Origin: Eledone cirrhosa
Lineage: Eukaryota
DNA length: 64,000 bases
Direction: 5' to 3'
NCBI GenBank assembly: GCA_964016885.1
Contig: OZ024741.1
Coordinates: forward strand, 60,078,001 to 60,142,000
Part shown: positions 39,455 to 51,700 of the stretch, piece after piece
Numbering within the stretch: the stretch's first letter is position 1
How the letters are laid out: the number at the start of each line of letters is the position of its first letter
Made by a program: the position numbers and the translations under genes
The notes under the pieces: generated by a model
What the model was told of the DNA's origin: nothing
The model's database searches: none
What the model saw: only the letters and a program-made list of their open reading frames with translations

Positions 39455-41442
39455 CTAAGAGAGAGAGAGAGAAGGTTTACTTACCTCCCGGGTCTTGTGA
39501 AGGTCGGGTGGTTCGACCTCCATGGTTGGTGGGGTTTCTTTTGGGGACCCCTTTAAAAGTCTTGATGTGGGTTTCACATTCGGGTTTCCCACGTCTTGAG
39601 GAAAGCTCTCTCGAATTTCTTTGAAGGAATTGAGTGACATTCGGACCAGAAGCAAATCTTCTGGCACGCAAAATGTGCTCATTTCAAAAATCTCCCCCTC
39701 TGTTTGAATGTCCTCGCTTCGCGCTAAGAGGGCCATCAGTTTATCGTTGGCCCTTCTGACAAGCACGAAGTTTTTAACATTTTGTTGGTGTGGTTTTATT
39801 TGTTTTCGTTTTGGTGAAGGTGGTGGCGATGGTTTTGGTGGTGTTGTTTCGGGTATGTCTATGTTTGTTGTAGGTGTGGTGACTGCAATTTCAGGTATTT
39901 GTGTGTCTATTTGTACTTGTGTTTGTTTAGGTTGTTTGCGTTTCGGGGATTGTGGAGGTGGTGTCGATGTTGCTGATGGTGCTGATGTTATTGGGGAAGT
40001 GTCTGCGTTAGTGGTGTCTGTATTTTTTGTTGTGTGTGTTTTTGTGTTTTGTAGGGGCTTTTTTTTTGTGTGAGTTTTCTCTGTTTTTTTGCACTTTTGG
40101 GTTTTCCTTCATCTTCGCTGCTGGAAGACAAAGGGTCTGTGTCTGTGAGTGTCTCTGTGTCTGTGTGTGCGTTTATTTTTTTGTTGTCTATGTATATAGT
40201 TGGGGGGGGGGGGGTAGGCGGAGTGGGAGAGCTTTCCTCGTTTTCTCCTTGGATTGGTTTTGGTGTTGGTGGTGATCCGGCTGCTTTTGATGTTGGTGTC
40301 CGTGTTTTTGTTGATGTTGTTTTTGGTGGTGGTGGTGGTGCAGCTTTCCGTGCTGACACTGGCGTTGGCAACAAAGGAGGTTTGCGACCCCCTGCATTTT
40401 TGCGCTGAGGGCAGAAGGCTTGAAGATGCGTGGCTTCCCCGCAAACGAAGCAGCGTGGCCTTCTTCCGTCAATCATTAGTTGGATTGTTGTCCCGTCCTG
40501 CAGGCGGGCAAAATCTGGGATGTTATTTACATCCCCCGGTTTCATTTGGAGAAGAATCTCCAAATCCATTCCGGACCAGTCTTCTCTCTCTGTCCTTTTG
40601 ATGTCCAGGAGGGTGGTGTCTGTCCCCTCCTCGATTACGCATCCCAGCAGCCACCATATGTTCATTCCTGGTGGGATGCTGGGAATGCGCACCTTCACTG
40701 TCCTTTTACCCATATAGGACGGATGCATGATAATGCGTTCCGTTCTGCAGGGGATCACCGAGCGCTTAATAGCGAGGGCCTCCGATTTGAACAGTACCGA
40801 GATGGTACCGAACTGTTTGCCTCTTGCTTTGTACTCTATGTTACTTCCGATGTACTCCAACGCAGCCTCTACCTCTGCTTGGCTCGCAAGTTCCACTTTT
40901 CGTGTCTGCACCGAAATACATCGAAAGAGCACCGTCCTCCTTTGCATGGCCGCTATTGCCTCGTCCGGGATGGTCAGGTTTGCCCAGGACTTCTCCCGTT
41001 TAATTAGCCTCCACGCTTTGGCTAACTGTTCGTCTTTATCGCTAATATCAATATCGATATTCAATAAGCGCTTTGTTTTTGCTGCTGCTGCTGCTGCAGC
41101 AAATGTGGTGTTTCTGATGCTCTTATTGTTGTTGTTGTCATTCTTGCTGTTGCCACCGCCATCCTTGTTTACATTGAAGCTGTCGGTGTTTTTCTCGTTA
41201 TTGCTCTGAGTTGTTGTTGTTGTGGTGGTGGTGGTGGTGGCGGTGGTGGTGATGTCGTTTTCAGATGATACTGCTGCTATACCAGAAGATTGTGATGGTA
41301 GCTTTTTAGTTTTGCCTTCACATTCAGTAGAGTGGATGACAGGCATGACTGTAGCCGTCGTAGTCGTGGTGAAATCTGGAGTGGCTGCCTTTAAACTTTT
41401 GACCTGAACGTTGTTTACCGTTTCAAGGTCGAAAATTTCCAT
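39455..41442 (-). pseudogene. Tx1 ORF1 (gag-like CCHC), frameshifted near ~40000
   Basis: Contains CFVCGEATHLQAFC with Thr/Pro low-complexity flanks. Confidence 0.88.
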
Positions 41443-41710
41443 AATTTTCTTTTGGTGGGGAGGCGATTTTTTTGTTTTTCGAAAATTTTAAAAATAAATC
41501 TGAATATTCGGGCTTAAAGCCCGAATATTGAGAGGTATCCCTCTCTTTAAATCAAGATGTGTACCTTAAGTTTCGTTAATGACAAGAAAATACAAAAAAA
41601 AAAAATTTAAAACAGCTTAAAGCTACGAACCGTTTCCCCCGCAGACTTGTCTGTCTTCACACATGTGCGGCCATAATAATAATAATAATAATAATAATAT
41701 TAATAATAAT

Positions 41711-41898
41711 TGTTTCTACTTTAGGCACAAGGCCAGCAATTACCCAGTGCATTACTGGTACTTTATTTTATCGACCCCGTAAGGATGAAAGGCAAAGTCA
41801 ACCTCGGCGGGATTTGAACTCAAATCATAAAGGGCCGTAACTCTATGCTGCAAAGCATGGTGTCCGACCCTCTACCGATACTGCCAATCCACCGCCCT
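41711..41898 (-). mobile_element. SINE inserted in the (ATT)n tail of Tx1 copy 3, ~22 bp TSD
   Basis: taataataatattaataataat lies at 41689-710 and 41899-920. Confidence 0.93.
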
Positions 41899-42164
41899 TA
41901 ATAATAATATTAATAATAATGATTTCTTTATTAACCACAAGGGTTTACATAAAGTAGACATTAAGGACAGTACAGGACAATACAGGACGGTACAAATGGG
42001 CATTTCTGCGTGTAAAAAAAACAGAGGATGAAATAAAATAACAAAGAAAAATTCCCCAATAGGGGGGAGACTTCCGAGGGACATTTGTGGAGAAAGCCCA
42101 TTAAAAGACCACAGTGGCCCTGACCACCAGGGCAAGTGCCCTCTCCCAGTTTTCCACCTTTAAT

Positions 42165-45100
42165 TTACAGACACATACTCATTCGGGCCATACTTGCCTG
42201 TCTCACCCATCTTTCAACAAAATGCTGGGAAGAGAGCACTTCCCTCTCTACCCTGATTTTCCTTTTCAGGTGAAATTTGAAAAAGTTAATCAGGGCATCA
42301 CCGAAGAGGTAAGTGCTCGTCTTCAGCCCTTTCAAACGTGTCCACCATACTATCTCTTTCGCCATGGCCACCAGACAGATAAAAACTGCCTGCCCTTCCC
42401 GGCTAAAGGAAGAGGGCGGGGCAATCCTCACGATGGACTCAGCTGATAGCTGGATCCGTCCTACACGTGACAGCAGGTGTTCGACATAAACCCACAAGTC
42501 AGCAATGCTCGGACACTGGACGAGTGCGTGCAGGACGGTTTCGTCGCCCTGTGCGCATCTCGGACATGCCCGGCTGACGGCACCTCCATGCCTGTAATGT
42601 TTATCCCGAACTGGCAAAGCACCCCGGTAGCACTGCCAGGCCAGGGATTTCTGGAAGTTGTCCATAGGCCCCGGCCCGAAAGTCCTTCCGAAGAGATTGG
42701 CTAGTTGATTTTCGTCGACGCCTAGAGTTTCTCCAAGTACGTCGTCGCTCTTCCCCTCCACTAATCCCCTATAGTACGCAAAGGTGGAGTTTCCACCGAT
42801 TACATTGCCCGATTGGTCGAGGGCTGTGAGCGCCTGAAGACATTCCAGTCTCCAAACGCTCCCTCTCGGTCTTCGCTTGACCCAGGACTGCAGCTCCGTC
42901 AAGGAAACGAGCTGGGGAAATACGTGTCTAGCAAACGGCGACCACACCTGATCACCGTCGAGGAAGAGGTGGAGATGTCGTAGCCTGAGCGCGTGTCTGC
43001 CCATCATAAGCCACGGCATGCCCAGCACTCCACGTAGCGGGTGTTGACAGCAGATGGACCGCCTGACCATCGGAGCGCGTCCCTTCCACAAGAAGCGAAA
43101 GAACAAACGCTCCAACGCACTCAGGCGGGGCTTAGGACAAGGTACGACGGTCAGGCGGTAGTAGATGACGGACGCGATGTACGCGTTAGCCACCTCCGCT
43201 CGACCTTTCGGGGATAGCTTCCTCTCGGCCCTTTTCTGGGTGAGAGAAGCCACCCTGCTCGTCACCTCGTCCCAGTTTTTGTTTGTCTGGAGGTCTGGAC
43301 CGAAACAGACCCTTAGCAATTTAACCGGTCCGTCCGTCCAGCGCCCGACGACGCTGTTGGACGGCATGGACCTGCCTCTCCAGGTGCCGAGCTGCAGGCC
43401 CACTGACTTTTCCTGGTTGATCATTGCTCCTGTCACCGCTTTGTATTCTCTTAGTGTAGTGCCGATCGCCTCGATGTGTTTGGCGTTCGACACCACTACG
43501 GTGACATCGTCGGCATATGCTGACACGGATCTTCCGCATCCTAGTTCGCGCGGGACCCCCCTCAACGTCTCCAGTTTGTGCAGTAATGGCTCGAGAGTCA
43601 ATACGTACAATAGGACGAGAGGGGACATCCTTGGCGGACCGAGCGCATGATGTTGAACGGTTCCGAAAGGTGACCGTTCACTCTCACTACAGAGCAGATG
43701 TCGCTGTGCATGGCAGCGATCCAGCCTCTGAAGACGGGCCCAAAGCCAGCCGCCCTCAGGACTGCCGCTAGGTAACGATGGTCGACCCTATCGAAAGCTT
43801 TCGACTGATCTAAATTGATCAAGGACCCACCCGTGCCAGGTTCCCTAGCTACCCTCTCTACGATGTATCGCATGAGGTGGAGTTTGTCGTGGATGCATCT
43901 GCCGGGAATAGCGCATGTCTGTGCCTCTCCCACCAGACCAACAACGACAAGCGCCAACTTCTTTGCTAGCACCTTGGCCAAAATCTTGAACTCTGTGTTT
44001 AGCAGAGATATGGGCCTAAAATTATCTATGTTATCCCCCTTGTTCGGATCCTTTCTCAGCAGCGCCACCGCTCCTCGGCTCACAGAGCTGGGAATTCTCC
44101 CGTTCTGTTGCCAGTTGCAGTAGACGTCCGCCAAGAGGCCTCCGAACAAGTCTGGCATTTGTACGTAAAGTTCATAGGGCAGACCATCCAAACCAGGCGA
44201 TTTACCCCTTGTGCAACTAGTCATTGCATCCCGTACTTCAGCGGTTGTTATCGGCTTTTCGCAACACTCCGCCTCAGTGGCCGAAAGCCGCGGCAGTCAG
44301 TCGAGGTAGACACTAAAGTTCATCCCTCGATCCGGCCCGCCACTCTCCCCGAACAGTTGAGCGAAGTGTCGCTGAAAAGCTTCACACATTTTCCCGGGAT
44401 CGAGTAGCATGCGCCGGTCGTGGTCCACCAAAGACCGGATCGTGGCTTTGTTGCCACGACGCGCATATGCCACTTGGGCCCATTGAACGGCTTTCGTCCC
44501 CTCGTGTCTGAGAGCACGCACCCTAGCTCTGACAACGCAGCCTTCATGCTTTGCATTGAAGAATTGGTCAAGGGCCAATTTCGACGCAAGTACGTCGGTC
44601 GCGATGCCTTTGCTAAGCGCCTCATCTAATTTTCTAACTAATTCTCCCTCTGCTCTATTTTTCTCTATTGCTAAAGTCTTACTAAACCTAATGGACTCTA
44701 TTCTAATTGCTCTTTTCAGAGCAAACCACCACTTGTTGTTGACGATGGCCCCCGTCAACGCCCGCTTAACTAGTTCGCTAATCCGGTCTCTGTAGGCCTT
44801 GCGCGCTAGTAAGGACGCGTTTAGCTTCCAGTAGCCGGGTCCTCGTCTATGAAGCCTATCTAAGTCAAGCACACAGATCACGAATTTGTGGTCCATGTAG
44901 CTGACTATCTTGAATTGTGGACAGCCTATGCTAGACCTATCTATTTCCCTACAAAATACTCTATCTAGATATGATCTGGATGACCCTATGCGATTTGTCC
45001 AAGTCCACATTGGTACATTCGGGAAATCCAATCGGTACCTGTCAGACAGTTGAAAACGCCTGAGCAGGTTGGTGAGGCTCTTGCACCCTCCTTCCCTATC

Positions 45101-45563
45101 CACTAATCCCACACAATCCCAGCGTGCATCTAAGATCCCGTTCGCCCACTAACACTAAAGAGCGGGACGTTCCAAGAAAGTTCTCCAGACGCCGGAAGAA
45201 ATCGGGCCGCCCTGCTCCTGTCGGGGCATAGACGGCCACTAACCTGAAAGCTTGGCTGTCTCCGCTGGTCACGTCCAGCACCACCAACTTACCTTATGGG
45301 TCCAGGAAGATGGCCCGTATGGCAAGATCCAAACCTCTCCGAAAAAGCACAGCAACTCCTCCCCCCGAACCCGGACGGCTGGGAGATGCGTACACATTGT
45401 AGCCGCCGAAGATCGGTGCGAAAGTCTGTGCTTCAGAGATTCTGGTCTCGCTGATGGCCACTACATCTATGTTTAGTGACCTGAGGTCGTTGAGCAGGTG
45501 GCCCTGCTTCCATGACGATCCCAAGCCACGCGCATTTATGCTGCCTATTCTGAGTGAGGTCAT
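42165..45563 (-). pseudogene. Tx1 ORF2 (APE-RT-Zn finger), frameshifted
   Basis: Motifs MTSLRIGSINARG, YMDH, GKSPGLDGLP, SAYADDVT and CPRC..ETVLHALVQC. Confidence 0.93.
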
Positions 45564-45597
45564 GTTGAAAAGGAGTGGAAAAGATGGGAAAGACCAC

Positions 45598-47598
45598 TTA
45601 CCTTACTTCTCGTAGGGGAAGGACGGTTTTTCCATCCTTTTCACTGCTTGTGGCCTCCTCAGGAAGGATGTCCTTATAAATCCTCCTGGAGAGTGCTTGT
45701 CGGAAGTCTCCGATGTCTTTGGGGAATTTTTTTTTTAGTGTCATGTACGTTTTCTGTGTGATGCGAGTGATTTGTATGTGTGGAGGTGGTGTGAATTTTG
45801 GGGTTGTTGTGTAGTCTTTTTCTGTGATGCTGGTGTTGTGTTGGATGTAGTGTAATAATTGCTTGTTGTTCAAATTTAATGCTGTGTAGTGTGTATCGTT
45901 TTGGATGTTTTGTTTTGTTTGCGTTTGTTGTGGGTTTGTCTCTGTTTCGCATTTTGGTGAATTTTGTGATGTAGGTGATGGTGGTGTTGGGGTTAATGAT
46001 GGTGATGGTGTTGGTGTTTGGGTTGATGGGGTTGGTGATGCTGGTGTGGATGGTGGCATATCTGTCCTAACTTTTTTGTTTCTTAGTTTATTTGTTTCCC
46101 TCTGTATTTTGTTTTTGGAGGGGGAAGGAAGAGAATTTTTTCTTTTTTGGTTTCTTTTATTTTCCGGATATCGTTTCCCACTCCTCGTCGTCACAATCTG
46201 TCTCCAGTTGTGATAGGCCGGAGAGTGGAAAATCCTCCACAGGCGTTAGTTTTGGTTGTGGCGTGGTGGATTTTGTAGGCGCTGGTGCTAGTTGTGAAGC
46301 GTTGGGTGGTGGTGGTGTTGGTTTTGTTGGTGGTGGTGGTGGTGTTGGTTTTGCTACTGTTGCTGGGGTTGTTGCTGTTATAGTTGCTTCTGTTGTTGCT
46401 GCTACAGTTGTTGCTGCCATCTCTGCTACTGGTGGTGTTGATGGTTGTGTCACTGGGGTGGGTAGGAGAGGTGGCCTCAACCTTTTAGCCTGAGGGCAGA
46501 AAGCCCTTAGGTGGGTTCCTTCACCACAAACGACACACCTAGGTCTTCTGCCCTCGACAATTACCGTGAGGTGGCTGCCGTCAGTGAGGTCTATTACCTC
46601 TGGGATCTCCTCAATGCTTTTTTGGTCCGCTTGGATCAGGAGCTCCATCCCAGATCCGGACCAGTTCTCCTGTTTTTCTTTTGCTATTGATATTATTTTT
46701 GTGTTGGCTTCGATGCCGGCGAGGACGGCCGCTATTAGCCAGGGAATTTCGATGGCCGGTTGAACGTGGGTCACCCTGATCTTTACGAGTCTCTGGCCAC
46801 AATAGCTTGGGACGAGTGTGAAGTCGTCACTTCTTAATGGGGCCATGGAGTGTTCTCTAGCCTCCTCTGGTGTTTCAAAGAACACGTCCACGGTTCCATA
46901 CTTTTGCCCACGTCTGATGTGGGTTTTTCTTGCCCACACATGTCCCAAAGCTTTTTGGATTTGGGACTCGGATGCCCGTTCCACTCGGCGCGATTTTACA
47001 TTTATCGTTCGATGCGACACGGTGCATAGGCGCCGATGCTCCATTTTATTAGGTGTGTGTGGGGGGGTGAGGCTGACCCTGTACCCATCTTTCTTTACCA
47101 TTTGTTTGGCATTTTCTAAATCCTCCTGGGTTACCGTAAATGCTTCGAACTGTTTTGCTACTCTGGCGAAACTGAGGGTGGTTTTTATAATGTCATTGTT
47201 GTTGTTGTTGCTATCGGTATTTGTGTTAATATTAATTTTAGTTTCAGTTGTGGTGGTGGTGACGTCAGTCGTCTTTGGTGGGGAAGAGTCCATTTTGCTT
47301 GATTTCATTTCGAGATCACGAGTTAATTTATTTTTTTCTTCTTTTGTTTCTGTTGTCGCGGTGGTGGTGGTGGTGGTGGTTGTCGCGGTGGTGGTGGTGG
47401 TGGTGGAGGCTTTAACACCTGCAGTCATTGGTAATGGCGGGAAATGAATGTCTGCCTGAGACAAATTTAAAATATTGCTACTGCTTATATTTTTGTAGTG
47501 TTGGCAAACGTAGTAACATTTACAATGGTGGTGTCGGTGTGAGGTGTTAATTTGTGAGGAAGGCTTTCAGCTGCTTGGTACAGAGGTGAATTAGCCAT
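45598..47598 (-). pseudogene. Tx1 ORF1 (gag-like CCHC), frameshifted
   Basis: Contains CVVCGEGTHLRAFC. The probable ATG is at 47598, with a 1 nt shift at ~47490 and a second shift at ~46170. Confidence 0.87.
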
Positions 47599-47807
47599 TT
47601 TCTTTCAAAGAAATTTTTTGATAATAATAAAAGTTTAAATTTTGGGCACAAGGCCCCAATCTTTTTGGGTGTCCTTTTCGGAAAACAATATATGTGCGCT
47701 TATATATGGTTAACAATAAAAATTTTCCATAAATGGCAATTTTTAACAAACGGAAATAACAAATCTTTGCGGAGCTCACGATGATACGATTTACTACGTA
47801 GGTCGCC

Positions 47808-47860
<53 letters not shown>

Positions 47861-48440
47861 GGGAAGAAGACGCACGAGGTGACGGAGGTCATGAAATCGC
47901 TCCCGTAAGTTTTGAATTTTTAACATATTTAAATCATTTGTGAAATAACAACTCTTAGTACAAATACTACGTAAAGCACCCGGCTTGAGCCCCAAAAAAT
48001 TCGGACCCAAAATATATTGTTATAAGGCTCAAATATTCAAATATTCAACTTTGTATTGTACACTGTATATCCAAAAAAGAAAATGGCTATAAATGGAAGA
48101 AGAACCCCTCCCCTCCTCCTCTGTCTACACTATATAGAACAGCCAAACTCACCAACACCAGAAACTAGATACACCACCCACCCCATCACCTGTGTACACT
48201 AAACCACCACCGCTCACTACGGCCATCATTACAACCATTATCCCATCACCGCCGCCACCACCCCTTCACTCCTTCACTGCTACCACCGCTACAGCACCAT
48301 CACTACAGTAATACGGTCACATCACCGCCACCACTGCCTCGGTATCGACATCACCACCACCAGTGTCTCAGTATCGCTACCGCCGCCAGTCACCCACTTC
48401 ACTCAGCTGGCTGCTGCCACCACATCATAGAATCCCTACT
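47861..48440 (+). repeat. Unit X, copy 1 (direct repeat of 52436-53037)
   Basis: gggaagaagacgcacgaggt...ctgccaccacat is present twice, each time immediately after (AAT)n. Confidence 0.92.
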
Positions 48441-48749
48441 GCTAAAAAAGAGGAAGGCATCAAAATATATATATAGACTCAAAAGAAAAAAGAAAAAACA
48501 AACAACAAAACCAAAGCAGCACAGCAACAACAGCAAAAAACGAGAAAAACAAACAGAGAAAAACAAAAACAAAAACAAAAAAAAGAAACCCCCAAAACGT
48601 AAAGAAAATAAGAATGAAGAGAGAAGCAGGCGGACGGACAGAGAAGAGGGGGGGGGGGGAAGTAAAACTTAAAAAACTTAAACTAAGTCAGACATTCGAA
48701 CACTACATTACAATGAAACTTATGCTTATTCATTTTTGGGGCCCTTTCT

Positions 48750-51700
48750 GCCTGTGTGTTTGTTTGTTTATGTGTGTTCGTATACAGCGTGGTGATAATG
48801 CCACACAAGGGCCAAGTGGAATGGCGGATCCATAGATGGATATGTAACCATACATTCGCCAATCCTCGATAAGAGTGTTTAAACATCGAACATAAACAGT
48901 TCGAATAACGGTGAAATGGAGACTAGAACGTCATGTGACAGACTCTCACCCAACAGGTGCCCCCTGGCTCAGCAGCAGGAACCTGACTGTCAACCAAATA
49001 CTGCTGATGTTGGAGGAAGGAGAAGAAGGAAAGGGGCCAGAACCAACTGGACGAAAGAATTGAATAGAACTGTTATGCAATGTTACCTGAAAAGTAACCC
49101 CAAGGAGAGGGGCTACAGGAGACGGATGCATAACATCTGGAACGAGATTGGTTTATTTAAATTAGATGAACAAAAATTGGCCGGGCAGGCTCGGGTAATA
49201 AGAACTAATGGATGGATAAGCGAGCTGGAACTGGAGGAACTGAGCAGAGAGAATGGCTTGGAGATGGCGGGTGTAGTATGCCAGACAAGCGAGCCAGTGG
49301 GAAATGATGGTGAAGAGGTCCTGAGAACGGAGGAACCACCCGAAGCAGACAATGATCTGAATACTGAGATAAATAATACCTGGAACAGAGATACGGCCAC
49401 TGAGGAGATGAATGCTGACGGGCTAGGACAAGATTCGGTTGACATCCTAAATTTAGTGGTAGATGAATTGAACAATGATAGTGGAAGACCTATGAACCTA
49501 AGATTTGTAGACAGGAAAAAGTTAAAAGAAACAACAGCTAAGGTAAACAAAGTCATCCCATACCTTGAGGCGAGGAGCCTTCACCAGTGCAACAATATCC
49601 TCAAAGCAACAGCAAATACGGTGAGGAAACTACTTGGTATAAAAGCGAGAGGAAACAACAGACAAGAAAGAGCAGAGCCGTGGTGGAAGAAGCGACTGAG
49701 TGGGCAAATCGGGGAAATGAGAAATGACATAGGAAAGCTTGAGTCACTACTGAATGGGACACTAAAAAACATAGGCACTAAAAATAGACTGGAAATAAAA
49801 TACAAAACTAGGAGGAAAAAGCTAAATAATATTATCATAGAGGAAATGAAGCAACGCATTGTAGCAAAGAGTGCAAAAATCAGGCGATACGAGAACAGAG
49901 TCAGTCAGTATAAACAGAACCGCATGTTCGACAACAACCAGAAGATGCTGTTTGGACAGCTTGAGGGGAAAGAAAGAGGCAACGACTTGATCCCTGGGGC
50001 GGAGCAAACTAAAACATTCTGGAGAAGAATATGGGAGCAGGATGTTAGACACAATGCCCAGGCAGGGTGGATTGAGACAGTACAGAGGGAGATCGGTGAG
50101 CAGGCACAACAACAAACTGATTTGAGTATCACAGTTGAAACTCTTAAGGGGCAGGCCAAAAAACTAACCAACTGGAAATCACCAGGCCCAGATGGTGTGC
50201 AGGGGTATTGGATTAAACATTTAACATCCCTCCACCCGAAGCTGACGGCCATGTTCAATGACTGCTTGGTGTCGGGTGAGGTGCCAGAGTGGTTGACAAA
50301 AGGTACCACAGTTCTGATAATGAAAGACCGAATCAAGGGTAATGATGTTACCAACTATAGACCTATCACATGTCTGTCCGTAATGTGGAAACTGTTGACG
50401 AGCATTGTGTCTGAGGAAATCTACCATCACCTCCACACAAACAACTTGTTACCGGACGAACAGAAAGGATGCCGAAAGAAGTCACGTGGTACAAAGGACC
50501 AGTTACTTATTGATAAGATGGTAATGGGGAATTGCAGGAGGAGACACACTGATCTTGCCATGGGATGGATAGACTACAGAAAGGCATTTGACATGGTGAC
50601 CCATTCCTGGATCACCAAAAGCCTGGAGATCTTCAGGGTGGCAGATAACATCAGACAGTTGCTAGGCAGGAGTATGGGGTCCTGGGAGACAGAGTTGACA
50701 TCAACTGGAGTATCCTTGGGAAGCGTGAAGATCAAGAGAGGTATCTTCCAGGGAGATAGCCTGTCCCCTCTGTTGTTTGTCCTTGCCCTGATGCCCTTGA
50801 CCATTATGCTGCGAAAAGTGAGAGCAGGATACAAGTTGGGAAGGGGAGAGCTTACCATCAATCACCTCCTCTTCATGGACGATCTTAAGCTCTTCGGGAA
50901 AAGTGAGAAGGAGTTGGATGTGCTTGTTGACACTGTCCGTATTTTCAGCAGTGATATATGTATGCAGTTTGCTATTGGTAAATGTGGAGTCATTGTGATG
51001 AAGAGGGGTAGGTTGAGCAGAAGTAACGGGATCCAGATACCAACAGGTGAGATGATAAAGGAAATTGCCTCTGAGGAAGGATACAAGTATTTGGGCGTTC
51101 TGGAGGCTGATGGCATAAAGAACAAAAAAATGAAGGAATTGTTAAGAACTGAATACATTCGGAGAGTAAGGAGCGTATTGAAGTCATATCTGAACAGCAG
51201 AAATGCCATAAGCGCAGTAAATTCCCGAGCTGCGTCTATTATTAGGTACAGTGCGGGAATTCTGAGATGGAATATTGCTGAACAAAAAGAAATGGATATG
51301 AAGACTAGGAAGCTATTGACTATCTACAACATGTTCCACAAGAGGAGTGATGTCGATAGACTCTACCTAAGGAGATTTGAGGGTGGAAGGGGTCTTATCA
51401 GCATAGAGGACTGTGTTCAGATGGAGAAAAACAACCTATACAAATACGTGACCTATAGTAAGGAGCCAATGCTCAGAACTGTACTGAAGGAGGGGACAGT
51501 AGGCCAGGGGATGTCCAAGGAGGAAATAACATCAAGGAGGAAGAGCAGCCTTAAGGGAAAATCCCTTCATAGTACCTTCTTTGAGAAAATTGAATTTAGA
51601 GATCCACAGACATGGAACTGGTTGAGAAGAGGAGACCTCAAAAAGGCTACAGAAGGAATGCTAATGGCTGCGCAGGAGCAGGCCCTCAAAACGAAGTGGT

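Larger units (their letters stand above)
35806..41672 (-). mobile_element. Tx1-type retrotransposon copy 2, full length, inserted in (AAT)n
   Basis: It has two ORFs. The 5' end GGC abuts the (AAT)n run at 41673, and the 3' end ..aataaatgaaatc is followed by (ATT)n. Confidence 0.95.
41921..47807 (-). mobile_element. Tx1-type retrotransposon copy 3, full length, inserted in (AAT)n
   Basis: The 5' end GGC abuts (AAT)17 at 47808. The 3' end cccttgtggttaataaagaaatc is followed by (ATT)n. Confidence 0.95.

Noticed and set aside
39708-47447. Many plus-strand Val/Gly-rich ORFs
   Set aside because: They are antisense shadows of Thr/Pro-rich Tx1 ORF1 and GC-rich ORF2.
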